Positions 35,280 through 47,740 of a DNA stretch of 64,000 nucleotides are shown here, one piece after another. Below the pieces are notes generated by a model. That model was given only the letters and a program-made list of their open reading frames with translations, was not told the DNA's origin and searched no databases. A program made the position numbers and the translations under genes. Source of the DNA: Squalus acanthias (Eukaryota); contig JASTWF010000036.1 in assembly GCA_030390025.1 (NCBI GenBank), positions 3,784,001 to 3,848,000 on the forward strand, read 5' to 3'. How positions within the stretch are numbered: the stretch's first letter is position 1; each line of letters begins with the position of its first letter.

Positions 35280-35702
35280 ACACTAACCTACATTGGCTTC
35301 CAGTTCCCCAAGGCCTCAGATTTAAACTTCTCATCCTTCTGTTTAAATCCCCTGCATGATCTTGCCACACCCTAGCTCCATAACCTCCCCCAGCCCTTGC
35401 AACCCCGCCCCCAAACTCTCCGTTCCCCAGACTTTGGCCTCGTGCGCTTCCGTCCCCTTTCGCTCCACCATTTGGAGGCTGTGTTTTCAACTACTTTGGT
35501 TCCACTCTCTGGAATTCCCTCTCTGAACCTCTCCATCTCTCCACCGCCCCCCTCCTCCTTAAAATCCACCTCTTTTGACTAAACGTTTGGTCACCCTTCC
35601 TAATCTCTCCTCCTTTGGCTCGGATTCCATTTTTCCTCAAACCTCTGTGCAGTACTTTGGGACATTTTTCTACTTTAAAGGCAGTATATAAATGTGCATT
35701 AT
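35280..35702 (+). mobile_element. L2 3' fragment
   Basis: LHWLPV..FKLLILLFKS..LWNSL; tail. Confidence 0.8.
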
Positions 35703-35794
35703 TTTTTCAATAGCTGTTAGGTCCTTACTGTATGTGTAATTCTGTAGCTCAATTAGCATGGGCAATGCTTATTATCGTTTGGTACTTCCTAATA

Positions 35795-36060
35795 GAAAGA
35801 CCTATTTATGCCTACATTATCACATCTCAGAAGCATCTCAAAACACTTTGCATACAATGAAATCATTCAAAATGCAGCGACTATTGATAAGAGGACAAAC
35901 ATGGCAGCCATTCTGTATGCATCAAGATCCCACTGAGAGCTATAACTATGTTTTTGATCATGTTGGTTGAGGGAGGAGTGTTAACCAGGACACCAGGGAA
36001 ACTCCCTGCTCTTCTTTGAAATAATGCCATGGGATCCACATGAACAGGCAGGCAGGGCCT
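35795..36060 (-). mobile_element. Decayed Deu-domain SINE
   Basis: CCAGGACACCAGGGAAACTCCCTGCTCTTCTTTGAAATAATGCCATGGGATC. Confidence 0.65.
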
Positions 36061-36064
36061 ACCA

Positions 36065-36335
36065 CTTCTTCTTAGGCAGTCCCTCGGAACCGAGGATGAC
36101 TTGCTTCCACATTAAAAATGAGTTCTCCGGTGACTGATGAGTCCAATGCGGGACCTACAGTCTCTGTCACAGGTGGGGCAGACGGTGGTTGAAGGGGCGG
36201 GTGGGTGGGGTGCTTGGGTTGACGTGCGCTGCTTGCGCTTGGCTTCCGCTTGCTCCCCGGCGAAGAGACTCAAGGTGTTCGGCGCTTTCCCGGATGCTTC
36301 TCCACTTTGTGCGGTCTTGGGCCAGGGATTCCCAT
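36065..36335 (-). mobile_element. RTE 3' end, same family as 1-3318
   Basis: WESLAQDRTKWR.. zinc finger; 3' hairpin CCTCG-GTTC-CGAGG and (AAG)n tail. Confidence 0.92.
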
Positions 36336-37959
36336 AAATCAGGGACTACCATAAATTATCGGCCCCCAGCCTAGTTGAGAATGTTCCGCTTAAGTTTCAA
36401 GTGGGGTTCAGCATCTTGCCAGTGATTTCGATCCAACCTTTGACTGCTATGGACGGCCTACTTTGAGCTGCGTGCAGAAGCACAACTCATGTTCTGGGTC
36501 TCTGATACTTTATGAAAGAAGCCCTGTGTTCGTTAATCTTGCGTCAGTTCACTGATCTCGGTTGGGATTCTTCTGTAGTGTGGTTATCTGAGAACTGGAT
36601 CACCAGATGAGTTTAGTTATTCTTTTTAACTTTGCTGTCTTGTATCGCATCTTGTTGAACAGGGACTATGCCAGAGGTGCATTGACTGCTTAATAAGGAC
36701 ATTTTGTTTCTCGATATTCCTTCCCCCGCCGCCCGCCTTTCTGCCCCTTTGGCTAAAGGTGCTGAATCATGCTCGGGTACGGTTCTGCTGGTATCCAGAG
36801 CCCTCCAGTATTTCACGCAAGTGGCTATTAATGCGTGAGCCTTTAAGTGTCGGCAGGCCATTTAACCGTGTTGGGGGTGGGAGAGAGGGAAGGAATGTGG
36901 CATGCTCCCTGTGTGGGGAAATAGCCGTTCCTGCCTGTGGGCACCTTAACAGATGGCATCAACATTGCCATGTGGCTAACTTGCCTGGAGATGAAATTGG
37001 ACAAGAAAGGACTGGCTGGCTGCTGTTCTCCCTCGGCCAGTCCCTCAATGACCTCCAAGTGAAGCCCATGTGCAAAATGTCAATCTAGACTGGGGTTTGA
37101 ACTTGGCCAAGTCCATCAGGAGCATTTATCGTTGTAGCCAGGGGCCTACCCTATTATCATTAACCCGAGGATACACTTAAAAACCAGGAGGTGATTTTAA
37201 TCGCAGCAATAAAATTATCTCATTGTGTCTGGTTTTTCAGCTGAAAAACCTTGGTTTTCGAAAGAGGAGAAAACGATCGGCAATAAAACCCGAGAGCTTA
37301 GTTTTTTTTTCCGCCCTGTGGAAAATTCCAGTCATCTGGGGAAACTCTTGTATTTTCTATTACGGTAGTTCTCCATAGATTGCGTTTTAGATGAAGTAAT
37401 CAAGGTCTTGAAGTTAGTTTAAAAAAAACTATTGGGGGGGAGTGAAGAAAGTGAGAGAGAGAGAAGAATAATGAAAGCTTTCTTAACTGTTAGAAATGGA
37501 ATTCCCCTGGGTCTCTACACTGTAGGGGCAAATAAACAACCTGCAGCTCGCGTTCTGTAACCCAGACTGTTATGCTCCCACCTAAATAAGGCTGTATGCA
37601 TGCCCGAGACAGGAAACTGTGCTTCAAATCATGGCCCAATTGAGGCAATTTTTTGTGTGTGCGTGTTTGTCTTTTCCTTTGCAGACTTTCACCGACCTCT
37701 CTTTTTTCAAAAAAAACTCCTCCGGCTATCATTTGATTCAATGCGAACTAAGACGTAAATAAGTTTCTCTTGGCCTCGACTGGTCTGCAGTGCAGCGGGC
37801 TGGCTGGCCAACGCATCGAGTTGTTGTGGGATTAGGAAATGGTGGAGGGTGGGGTGGAAGGGGCTTGGCGGGAAGATTTTGTCCGTGCGCTAGGTGTAGC
37901 AAAACTAAGCGCGTCGATCAAGAATGTTTTCACCCCATTCAGGAGGAAGCGATGTACAG

Positions 37960-38478
37960 AGGCCCTGGTCAGAGCCCATCTGGAGTAACTGCGTTCAGTT
38001 CTGGGCACTGCACCTCAGGAAGGATATACTGCCTCGGAGGGGGGGGTGGGGGCGCAGCGCAGATTCACCAGAATGATACTGGGGCTAAAAGGGTTAAATT
38101 ATGAGGACAGGTTGCACAGACTAGGCTTGAGTTTAGAAGGTTGAGGAATGCTCTGATCGAGGTGTTTAAAATGATATTAAAGTATTCGATAGGTTAGATA
38201 CAGAGAAACTATTGCCTCTGGTGGGGAAGACCGGAACAAGCGGGTGGAACCTTAAAAGTTAGAACTCGGCCATTCAGGAGAGAATCACGCAGTGTTGTAG
38301 ACTTCTGGAAAACTCTCGCTCAAAAGATTATGGATCCTGTGGGACAATTGGAGCTCTTGAGACTTAGATCGATAGATTTTTATTATAGGAAAGAGTATCG
38401 AGATATTGAGCAAAGGCAGGTGAATGGAGTTAAGATACAGATCAGCCATGATCTAATTGAATGGCGGAACAGGCTCGA
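37960..38478 (+). mobile_element. CR1 3' fragment
   Basis: CR1 coding relic; GATCAGCCATGATCTAATTGAATGGCGGAACAGGCTCGAG tail. Confidence 0.82.
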
Positions 38479-38944
38479 GAAAGAAAGAAAGAATGACTTG
38501 CATTTATATAGCGCCTGTCACGACCACCGGACATCTCAAAGCGCTTCACAGCCAATAAAGTACTTTTTGAAGTGTGGTCACTGTTGTAATGTGGGAAACG
38601 CAGCAGCCAATTTGCGCACAGCAAGCTCCCAGAAACAGCAGTGTGATAATGACCAGATAATCTGTTTGTGATGTTGGTTGAGGGATAAATATTGCCCAGG
38701 ACACCGGGGATAACTCCCCTGCTCTTCTTCAAAATAGTGCCATGGGATCTTTTACACCCACCTGAGAGAGCAGACGGGGCCTCGGTTTAAGGTCTCATCC
38801 GAAAGACGACACCTCCGACAGTGCGGCACTCCCTCAGTACTGGGAGTGCCAGCCTGGATTATGGGCTCAAGTCCCTGGAGTGGGACTTGAACCCACGACC
38901 TTCTGACTCGGAGGCGAGCGCGCTACCCACTGAGCCATGGCTGT
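38479..38944 (-). mobile_element. Deu-domain SINE, full length
   Basis: Head, core and (CTTT)n tail on the minus strand. Confidence 0.9.
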
Positions 38945-39467
38945 GCCACGTGTCTCCGTCTGACACTGTTGCGTGATGGTGTGCGAGTCTGATGGTCTTG
39001 AGGCTGATGTGGTTTCACGGGCAGGAAGCCTGACTAACCCCCGGCACAGACTAGTGTAACGAAAATCTAAATGTTGCCATGACGGTCGCCGCAGCAACAG
39101 GTGACGGCTTGATTTCCTGAATCAAAAGCAAGCTTGTGCTCTTGATCGCGTGCAGAAATCTGCATTTCTTTGCAGTCCTTTTTATTGCTTCAGCACGGAG
39201 TGCCCTCAGTCATCTGCTCCTGTTGCACTTGCAGGAGTTTACTTCCAAAGTGCTCATTAAGGGTGCGTTTACACTGCAACTTTAGTGTTGCTGTGAAGCA
39301 GTTTCGGCTTTGTAGAGATCTGGAGAGAAGTGGTGCAAGACTCTGGAGGGGATAGTATCACGTCCCTTGAACTGATTTTAGATGTGGGGTGGGGGAGAAT
39401 GATTTGGAGGAGACACCAAGTTTCGAAGGTACCGGCGGGGGCGACGGGAGGGTTCCTTGGGGTTTAT

Positions 39468-40060
39468 TCAACATCAACTTGCATTTACATAGCACCTTTA
39501 ATGTAGTAAAACGTCCCAAGGCGCTTCACAGGAGCATTTTCAGCCAAAATTTGACACCGAGCCACATGAGATATTAGGACAGGTGACCAAAAGCTTGGTC
39601 AAAGAGGTAGGTTTTAAGGAGTGTTTTAGAGGAGGTGGAGATATTTAGGGAGGGATATCCAGAGCTTAGGGCCTCGAAAGCTGAAGGTGTTGCCGCCAAT
39701 AGTGGAGCGATGGAAGTTGTGGGATAGATGCGACAAGAGGCCAGAGTTCTCGGAGGGTTGCAGGGCTGGAGGTGGTTACAGAGATGGGAGGGGGCGAGGC
39801 CATGGAAGGATTTGAAAACCAGGATAAGAATTTTAAAATCGAGACGTTGCCGGACCAGGAACCAATGAGTCAGCGAACACAGTGGTGATGGGTGAACGGG
39901 ACTTGGTGTGAGTTAGGATACGGGCAGCAGAGTTTTGGATGAGGTCAAGTTTATGGTGGGTGGAAGATGGGATGCCGGCCAGGAGAGCATTGGAATAGTT
40001 GAGTCTGGAGGTAACAACAAAAGCATGCATGAGGGTTTCAGCAGCAGATGGACTGAGGCA
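39468..40060 (-). mobile_element. L2 3' fragment
   Basis: AAETLMHAFV.TSRLNYSNALLAGIP..LIQNSAARILT. Confidence 0.9.
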
Positions 40061-40334
40061 CTTTGCATGCACAGCCACTCCTGGCCGTTGAGCAATGCGT
40101 TACCAGAGGAAATTAAACCCCAAAGTGTCTTCATGTTGAAGTACAGGGACCTGATCAATGCTGCCGTGTTGTAAAAGGTCGCAATACGCCACACACTATG
40201 TTAGCCGTTGTTCTGTTGTTTTCGTTTTGAATGTTGGTGAGTATCCCAGGAACTGAGCTGGCTTTAAAACCCCAAAACAGCAACACCTTTCCAAAAAAAA
40301 AGGGCGGTGTGGGGGTGCGCACAACGCAGCAGGC

Positions 40335-40630
40335 AGGAGGGTTGGGAACCAGAGGACACAGATTTAAGGTAATTTGGCAAAAGAACCAGAGGGGAGATGA
40401 GGAGAAATGTTTTTACGCAGCGAGTTGTTGTGATCTGGAATGCGCTGCCTGAAAGGGTGGTGGAAGCAGATTCAAGAGTAACTTTCAAAAGGGAATTGGA
40501 TAAATACTTGAAAAGGAAAAATTTGCAGGGCTACGGGGAAAGAGCAGGGGGGGAGTGGGACTAACTGGAGAGCTCGTTCAAAGAGCCGGCAGTGGCACAA
40601 TGGGCCGAATGGCCTCTTTCTCTGCTGCAC
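40335..40630 (+). mobile_element. CR1 3' fragment
   Basis: TRGHRFKVI..IWNALPERVVEA; tail. Confidence 0.88.
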
Positions 40631-42232
40631 ATTTATACAGCCAACTAGCCCAGCTTCTCCTTGGATTAAATGGCAAAGTCTCTGCTATTCTGCAGTGATA
40701 TTGTCAAAGTTACCTCAGAATTCTGCCCAGTGATGCTGCAAGGCCTGGCCTTTCCCCCTCTCCTGGGTATCCAGTATTGACGTTTAAAGGCTAGGCCTGC
40801 ATTATCCGAGTGCTTGGCGAGTCCTGCTCTGCATCAGTAGAAAAGCTTCACACCCAGATGGGACCCTCGCATCTGTTTAGGGGAAGCATTTGCATTCAAC
40901 TCTAGACGTCTGAAGGCCGTGGCGTCTGCCAAAACCTTTTCCTCTCTGCTGGTAGAAGCCAAACACTTTAAAGGAGCAGCACATTAATAATGTTACCATT
41001 TTATAAATAGCCTTCATTCCCCTATAGGCCTGATATAGTGATGGACACAATAAGGCGCCTATTAAACATCTCCATAGGACATTCTGCTATGCAGGACGTG
41101 TGGCTACAGTTTCGACAGCTCTCTTGCGTCAAAATGGCCAGTCTGTCTTAAAATGGTGGAGGACCTCTCTGTTTTTAATTTAGGTTTAAAAATGAACAGT
41201 TATAAATGCAGTTGTTGTTGTTCTAAAGAAAGGAGATAATTGTTATTGATCAAATCACTGTGATTCCACCACGAACAAACCCTCCTTAAGGGGGATTACT
41301 CCTTTAAGGCCAAAGGTCAAATTCTGGTTTCCCTGAACTATCCTTAAAAGCTGACGGCAGAAAACTGTCTTGCCACTGCCACAACTGTTGTTCAGTGATG
41401 TCTTGAGCCCTGTGGTTTGTATCTGGATGCCTCAGCCGTTCAACGGGCAGTGTGAGAATGCCACTCGCGCATCCCGTGAGGACAGAGAGGGCGGGTGAAG
41501 CTTCAGGCCATGGAAATCGCTGCCTCAGGCCCGGCTTTCTTCAGCGGGGACCTTTTTTTTCAGCTATTGTTGTGCTGTGTGATTTACGGCGAGCTGTGCT
41601 GGATTCAAGTGGGTGTAGAGAGGAAGTGGGTTTGGCATTTTTTTTTTTTGTTTTGTTTTGTTGAAAATAGATTGCAATTTGAATTGGACGCTTATCGGCC
41701 AATTTAATAAAACTGCTATGTACAATAAATGCAGTTTGTATAGTGGGATGAGAGCTTGGATTTGAAATATGGCATTTTTGAAGTGTGCTAACCATTTGGA
41801 ATGCAATGCAGTGGAACCGTTGGGGCAACACTTTGCATCAGCAATGAGGACCTTTTGAAGATACAGTGCAATATGTAGCCAAATATTTCTGCACTAACAC
41901 CCTCCCCCTGTCTATTCCTGTCTCTAACATGGTACTCTAACAGGTACATATTTATAGTGAGTAGAAGTGAGTGACCTATTGTTTGGGGCTTGTTGTGTCT
42001 GATTACATCCACGAGTTGTATACATATAATGAAGTACTGATGACCATAAGGAACAGCACTTAAACAATGAAAGTACTCCACCATCATTCCATCCAAGCTG
42101 AGCTCCTCCCATAAAAATAATCCCACGAATATTTTTGTATTGTCTATCCGACATTAAGACCTAGATGAGTGAAAGCACCCTCCAGCGAATTGTTGGCAAT
42201 ACTGAAGTTACCTTTAGGTCCTGCAACACCTT

Positions 42233-43042
42233 GGGCTGGATTTTGCCAATGGGGAGCTTTTGGAGGCGGGACTCCCACTTGTCGGGTTTTAGTCCCGCCT
42301 CCATCGACTTCTGGCCAACCCATGCTATTTTCCCTTGATTGACCTTGTTAAGCCCGCCCAGCGGGCTTAGCAGGCCAATTAAGGGGAAGCCGGTTACAGA
42401 GAACGTCAGCGTATGACGTTTCATCTGTCAAAAATTTTTGACTGATGAATTGTCATCGTTTGACAGCTCTGTGAAGCTGTCAAACACTGACATCCTCTGT
42501 AGTTTGATGAGTTCTTGCATTCAAGACTCATCAAGCCTCTTTCTTTAGCAGAAATTAGATGGTTGTTGCATTGGAGAATGCAGCAGCCATCTGTCATCTC
42601 TGCCGCGGAGGTGCGAGACTCTCCGCATACCCACCGACTGAAGCCTGCAGGAAGAAACCGAGGTAAGTAAACTTTTTCTAACAGTTTCCACTTACCTCAC
42701 ATACTCACCTCTCCACACTTGCACCCATCACTTACCATCACAGCGCACTTTTGTACCCCGCAGACCCATTGCTTGCCTCGGTGACCCTGGCGGGGTTCGC
42801 AGCCTTCGGGAAGCCCGCACTTGAGGCTAAAATGGGAATAATCCTCTTATCTGCCTGTTAACTACCTGTTAACAGGCAGTTAAATGGCTGTAATCCCTTC
42901 CCGCCTCCAGGAGACGGGACCCGGCGTGGGTCGGCTACCTGCCTCCCGGGAAGATGGCACGGAGGTGGGTTGGGCACCCGCCCCCAGATTCTGCCATTTT
43001 CCCGGCAGTCCCACCTCCCCAGGGCTGGCAATATTGCACCCC
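42233..43042. mobile_element. Non-autonomous DNA-transposon-like insert (Harbinger-like GGG termini)
   Basis: Imperfect TIRs GGGCTGGATTTTGCCA / TGGCAATATTGCACCC; interrupts a colinear L2; internal palindromes. Confidence 0.55.
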
Positions 43043-43152
43043 TTGACTTCAGTTGTGTCTCCATCTTACTCCCCGGCTGCTGCCTCGGGCTAAGAGCAGG
43101 GGGACGGAACCTTGATGTACTGCTTGACCCCAAATTCAGCTTCCTTCCTCAT

Positions 43153-43530
43153 AGGTGGTGTAGTAGTTACGTTACTGGACTAATAATCTAGAGGCCTGGA
43201 CTAATAGTCCAGAGAAAGTGAGTTAAAATACCACTGGTAGTTTAGAGAATTTGAATTCGGTTTAAAAAAAATCTGGTTATCAGTAAAAGTGACCATGTCA
43301 TAAAAAGCCAGTTGGTTCACTGATGTCCTTTAGGGAATGAAACCTGCCATCCTTGCTCGATCTAGCCGATATGTGACTCCATTCCCACATCAATGGGGTT
43401 GATTCTTAACTGCTCTCTGAAGTGACCGAGCAAGCCACTCGGTTGTATCAAACATTCCAGGGCAACTAGGGATGGGCAATAAATGCCGGCCTTGCCAGCG
43501 ACGCCCACATTCCGAGAATGAATTTTTAAA
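43153..43530 (+). mobile_element. SINE family B
   Basis: GGTGTAGTAGTTACGTTACTGGACTA..GGGCAACTAGGGATGGGCAATAAATGCCGGCC. Confidence 0.78.
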
Positions 43531-43585
43531 AAAGTTGCATCTGTCGCCAAGACTGCTTTCTTCCACCTCCGAGATACCAGCTGCT

Positions 43586-43856
43586 TCTTTTTATTCGTTC
43601 AAGGCCAGCATTTATTGCCCATCCCTAGTTGTCCTTGAGTGGCTCGCTGGGCCATTTCAGAGGGCAGTTAAGAGTCAACCACATTGCTGTGGGTCTGGAG
43701 TCACATATAGGCCAGACCGGGTAAGGACGGCAGATTTCCTTCCCTAAAGGACATTAGTGAATCAGATGGGTTTTTATGACAATCCAGTAGTTTCATGGTC
43801 ACCATTACTGATACTAGCTTTTTATTCCAGATTTATTTAATTAACTGAATTTCAAT
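43586..43856 (-). mobile_element. SINE family B, partial
   Basis: Homologous to 4490-4820. Confidence 0.78.
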
Positions 43857-44334
43857 CCCCCTCCCCCTGGGCTCCTTGTGACCCTTGAGAGATGTTCAGG
43901 ACACTATAATCAAGGCTGATGGAGTGAATAGGGTGGGGGTGGGCGGGGGGGGGGGTGGTTGTGAAACAGTTCCTTTCATTGTATAGAATATTCTGTGCAT
44001 TTCTCTAATTCAGTGATTTATCAAAAAAATGCTATTTATACCAGCATAATCTGAAATTACCTGATGGATTAGTGAGTAAATGTACAGTCCAGTGTGGTAC
44101 AAAGTCATATAGAATAGTAAGCGTCCCGGTTTGTTCCTCAGTTTTTGCTGAGTTGGTCGGTCACAGTTGGGGCACTATTCAGTGCTGTTGAGCTTTGGAC
44201 GGGGACATTCAGCCTTGGTTTCCACCACTGGCCACTATCCAGTAGCTGATATGGGTGTGTGTGCACACGAGGGCAGGATTGGGCTCCGCGATATTCCCCA
44301 TCAAGGTCAAATAGTTTGCCAATAGTCACTGTCT

Positions 44335-44675
44335 CCTGCAGCCCTAAAACCCTCTGAGATCTCTGCGCTCCTCCAATTCTGGCCTCCTTGAGCATCCCTG
44401 ATTTCTATCACTCCACCGTTGGCCGTGCCTTCAGCCGCCTGGGCCCTCGGCTCTGGAATTCCCTCCTTAAACCTCGCCACCTCTCGCTCCTCGTTTAAGA
44501 CGCTCCTTGTTTAAGACGCTCCTCAAAACCAACCTCTTTGATCAAGCTTTTGGTCACCTGTCCTATTCATTTCCTCATGTGGCTCGGTGTCAAGTTTTTG
44601 TTTGATAACGCTCCTGTGAAGCGCCTTGGGACGTTTCACTGCATTAAAGGCGCTATATCAATGCAAGTTGTTGTC
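44335..44675 (+). mobile_element. L2 3' fragment
   Basis: GAGATCTCTGCGCTCCTCCAATTCTGGCC..AAAGGCGCTATATCAATGCAAGTTGTTG. Confidence 0.88.
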
Positions 44676-44924
44676 TCGGCTCGCATGTGAGAAATGGCCA
44701 CTTGAGCAAGCTGGTGTCTGCGGAAAGGTTCCGCAGTGAGAAGTCCGCGCCTTCAGGAGAGGAGGAGAGAAACTGGGGGTGGCGGGGGGGAACCCATCAC
44801 TGTCTGCGCACTTAAATGATCTAGAGCCTGTGTTTTCTTTGGAAGCCGCAAGATATATTTAAGTATAATTGCTAACGAATGTTCCATTTCCCTCTTGACT
44901 TCAATGCCCTGCACAGTCAGGTAG

Positions 44925-44925
<1 letters not shown>

Positions 44926-44961
<36 letters not shown>

Positions 44962-44962
44962 C
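44926..44962. repeat. (CT)n microsatellite
   Basis: TCTCTCTC run. Confidence 0.9.
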
Positions 44963-45344
44963 TTTTCCTGCCCCTCCCCCCAGGTTTGTGTTTGTTGGCA
45001 CTGTAACCATGTTGAGAAACTGTTAACAGGGACATCTCTTGGGATCTCCTGGAGGTAAAGTAATCTACTCTTGGGTAAAGCTGCAAATATTTGGGTTAAA
45101 AGAGAAATGACATCACCGTTTTTACCAGACAGACACTTTGCAGAACCAGCATCGAGATCTTTTGAAACCAATTCACCTCCCCGTCTTGCTCGCTTCTCTT
45201 AATGGGGCATGAAGGGATTTTCTGTGGGGCTGCTACTGTCGACGTGTGTGCGTCGCTGTGTGATGGAGTTAAATAACCTAAAGGTGAAATAGAAAACTGT
45301 CTCAAACGAATTCTTAAGACCTAATGGAGAGGATAAGTATTTGT

Positions 45345-45622
45345 GCTTTCCAGTCTGTGCTGAGTTAGCTGATCCCGGACAGGGCGGGGATTGAAGCCCT
45401 TCAGTTGGCCTCATTGCCCATGGTTAGAGAGGGGAAAAGTCAGCCATGGATTCCTTGTCCCTGATCGCAATCCAGTGACTGCTGCTGGACATCGGGTTAG
45501 GGCAGAATCAGACTTGGATGTGATGCCCCCCATATTTGAATAGCCTAGACACCCGCTGTCTGGGCGCCCATGTGTAGAATGGCCATATGGTCAAGGTAAC
45601 GGAGTAGAACTTGTACCCCAGT
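45345..45622 (+). mobile_element. Old SINE-like family C copy
   Basis: TCTGTGCTGAGTTAGCTGATC..CCAGTGACTGCTGCTGGA..GAATGGCC..GAACTTGTACCCC. Confidence 0.62.
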
Positions 45623-47514
45623 GAAAGGACTTTCAACAGAGAATGAAAGAGAGGGGGGAAGAAGGTTTGTGGTGGGGGCGGTGGGGAGCTGAGGAAATAA
45701 AGGACAAGTGCTTATTTATCTGGTGGTTTTTAATGTTATTTGAAGTTGTCATTTCTGTGGAAGCAGAAGTTCTTTTATGTGGTCCAGCAAGTGGCAGGAT
45801 TGAGCGAAAGCACATTGTTTCGTATGGATGGTCTGCAAGGTTTGGCTTTTTTTGTTTGTTATGGAACAGGTAAAGTTGTTAAAGTTGGCAGTGAAGGGTA
45901 CGTGCACCAATTCCACACCCCCAGCAGGGAGCCCGTCTCGAAGGGAGCAGAGGATTGGGGATACGGTGTTCTGGCTGTATCTGCGACCTGCAGTCTCCAA
46001 GTGTGGCTCACTGCTGGGAATGTGAAACTGGTGAAATTTGGTTTAAGAATTTGAAAAAAACTGCAGTCATGGAGAAGGGGGCAAATGTAAAGGGGACCGA
46101 AACATATTGGGTACTCTCTGAACCAGGTTAGTTTGATGTGAGATGTCTCGGTGGAATGTAGAAAGTAAAATGGATACTGTGAACTCATGAGACTATGGAG
46201 TATTGGTGAGTAGGGAACCTATAGATACTGGTCCTGCTATGGACTGATGAGACTATGGACCACTATCGGTACTGGGGATGAGGTTGTTTAATAATAAGGC
46301 CGGGCTTCCGTGCTAGTACCAGTGTTAGTGGGGCTCCTGTCCCGCAGGCCTGCCAGGACTTTGGAGTGACCCCCTGCTTTTCCTCCAGGGGAGGGGTTGG
46401 GAGGCTGCAGGACGGACTGGCTGAAGTTGAAAGATTTGCCGATTGCCCTTCGGTGCTGCTCCCTCGCTGGTCTGACTGTATCCAAATCTCTCCTGTATTG
46501 ATTGCCATTTGAATGTGGCCTTGTGGGGCCCACAGGCGTACTTGCTGCTGGCCATACAGCAGATGGAACTGGCGGGAGCCCAGGATCCCACCAGTCCTGC
46601 CCCCCAAAAGTGATGCCATGGCGGAGGGAACACAGGCGGATGAAGTGCCCAGTCACGCCCTCGTCGAAACTTGTCTTGGGAGCCAGAAAGTGGTTGGAGA
46701 CCCGGGGCAGATGGTTCCCGCCCCCAAGATTTCTGCCCCCCAAATTAGGCCAATTTCTACACTTAATAAACAGAAGGAGAAATGGGATGGCTGGATTTAC
46801 TTTCTCTCGGTCCTACTTTGTTCTGGTTTGGCTGGTGTCTGTGCAGGAGGCTGACAGAACCAAGCTTGGAGTAGCACCAGCATAGAATAGGAGCATCCCT
46901 TCACCGCCCCCCAGTTGTGCGAATGCCATTATTGGACACCATGCCATTGTTTCTCAATCGGTTTTGAGGCTGTACCAGTTGGACGCCAGTGTGATTTGAT
47001 GGTGCTGACTTGGTGTAAACTAAGGCGTTGCCTATCTCTGATTTAAAAGAAAACACCATGGTCTTAAGACAGATTAAATTATCCAGAGCCTCCCAATCAG
47101 CAGGGACCTGTTGCTCTTGCTGGCCAAATGCCTTTAGTAAATGGGATCTGCTGTAACACTAATTAGCGGCCTGTGCACGATCTATGTCCAGTCCGTTGCT
47201 ATAAACCTATATTTAAGTTTGAAAGCAGCACAGAGCTGCTTATTTTGCAGAGGGAGTTTTCTCTACTTGTTTTCTGCAGAATAGGAATTATTGTATCTGT
47301 GTGGCAGGCTTTAAATGCAACACCCTGTGAAGCTGCTACAGTTCCAAAAAATAGCTTTAACCCCTTATTTTGTTGAATAAACTGGAGCGCTGCACAGTTC
47401 GTCCAATGCTAGCGGCGACTGATGCTTCAGCCCTTGCCCTGCTGAACAAGGGGGCTCCTCTGCTTGATCTAGGCCATGGTGACAAGTCCACAGGCAGAGA
47501 CTAGATATTTCTCT

Positions 47515-47740
47515 GACCTTCTGGGCAAGGAGGACATTGGATATCGGGTACACGGACTGAGCGACCAACACTGAAGTAATGAGAAGAAGTTTGTGTCATA
47601 ACCGAGATGTTATGGTGAGATTACAAAGGGCAGGGCATGTGTGATGTATGGTTGAGCATCTGTACCCTTAGGAGGTCATGGAGTGGCTCCCAGCTGGGAA
47701 AGATCATGCGGAAGGACAATCCTGAGTTGAAGATGTACAG
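47515..47740 (+). mobile_element. Highly decayed RTE-like relic
   Basis: RRTLDIGYTD*ATNTEVMRR..RLQRAGHV..EVMEWLPAGK resembles RTE RRIL.I.W.D.VTN.EV..RLRWAGHV..W.P.GKR. Confidence 0.55.

Larger units (their letters stand above)
42140..43585 (+). mobile_element. Old L2 fragment in three pieces (42140-42232, 43043-43152, 43533-43585)
   Basis: CLSDIKT*MSE..LQ..VGNTE / LPGCCLGL..RNLDVLLDPKFSF / VAKTAFFHLRD are colinear L2 motifs. Confidence 0.65.

Noticed and set aside
46240..46275. CTGATGA hammerhead-like box (also ~27229 and ~50908)
   Set aside because: No stem II plus GAAA plus cleavage triplet follows
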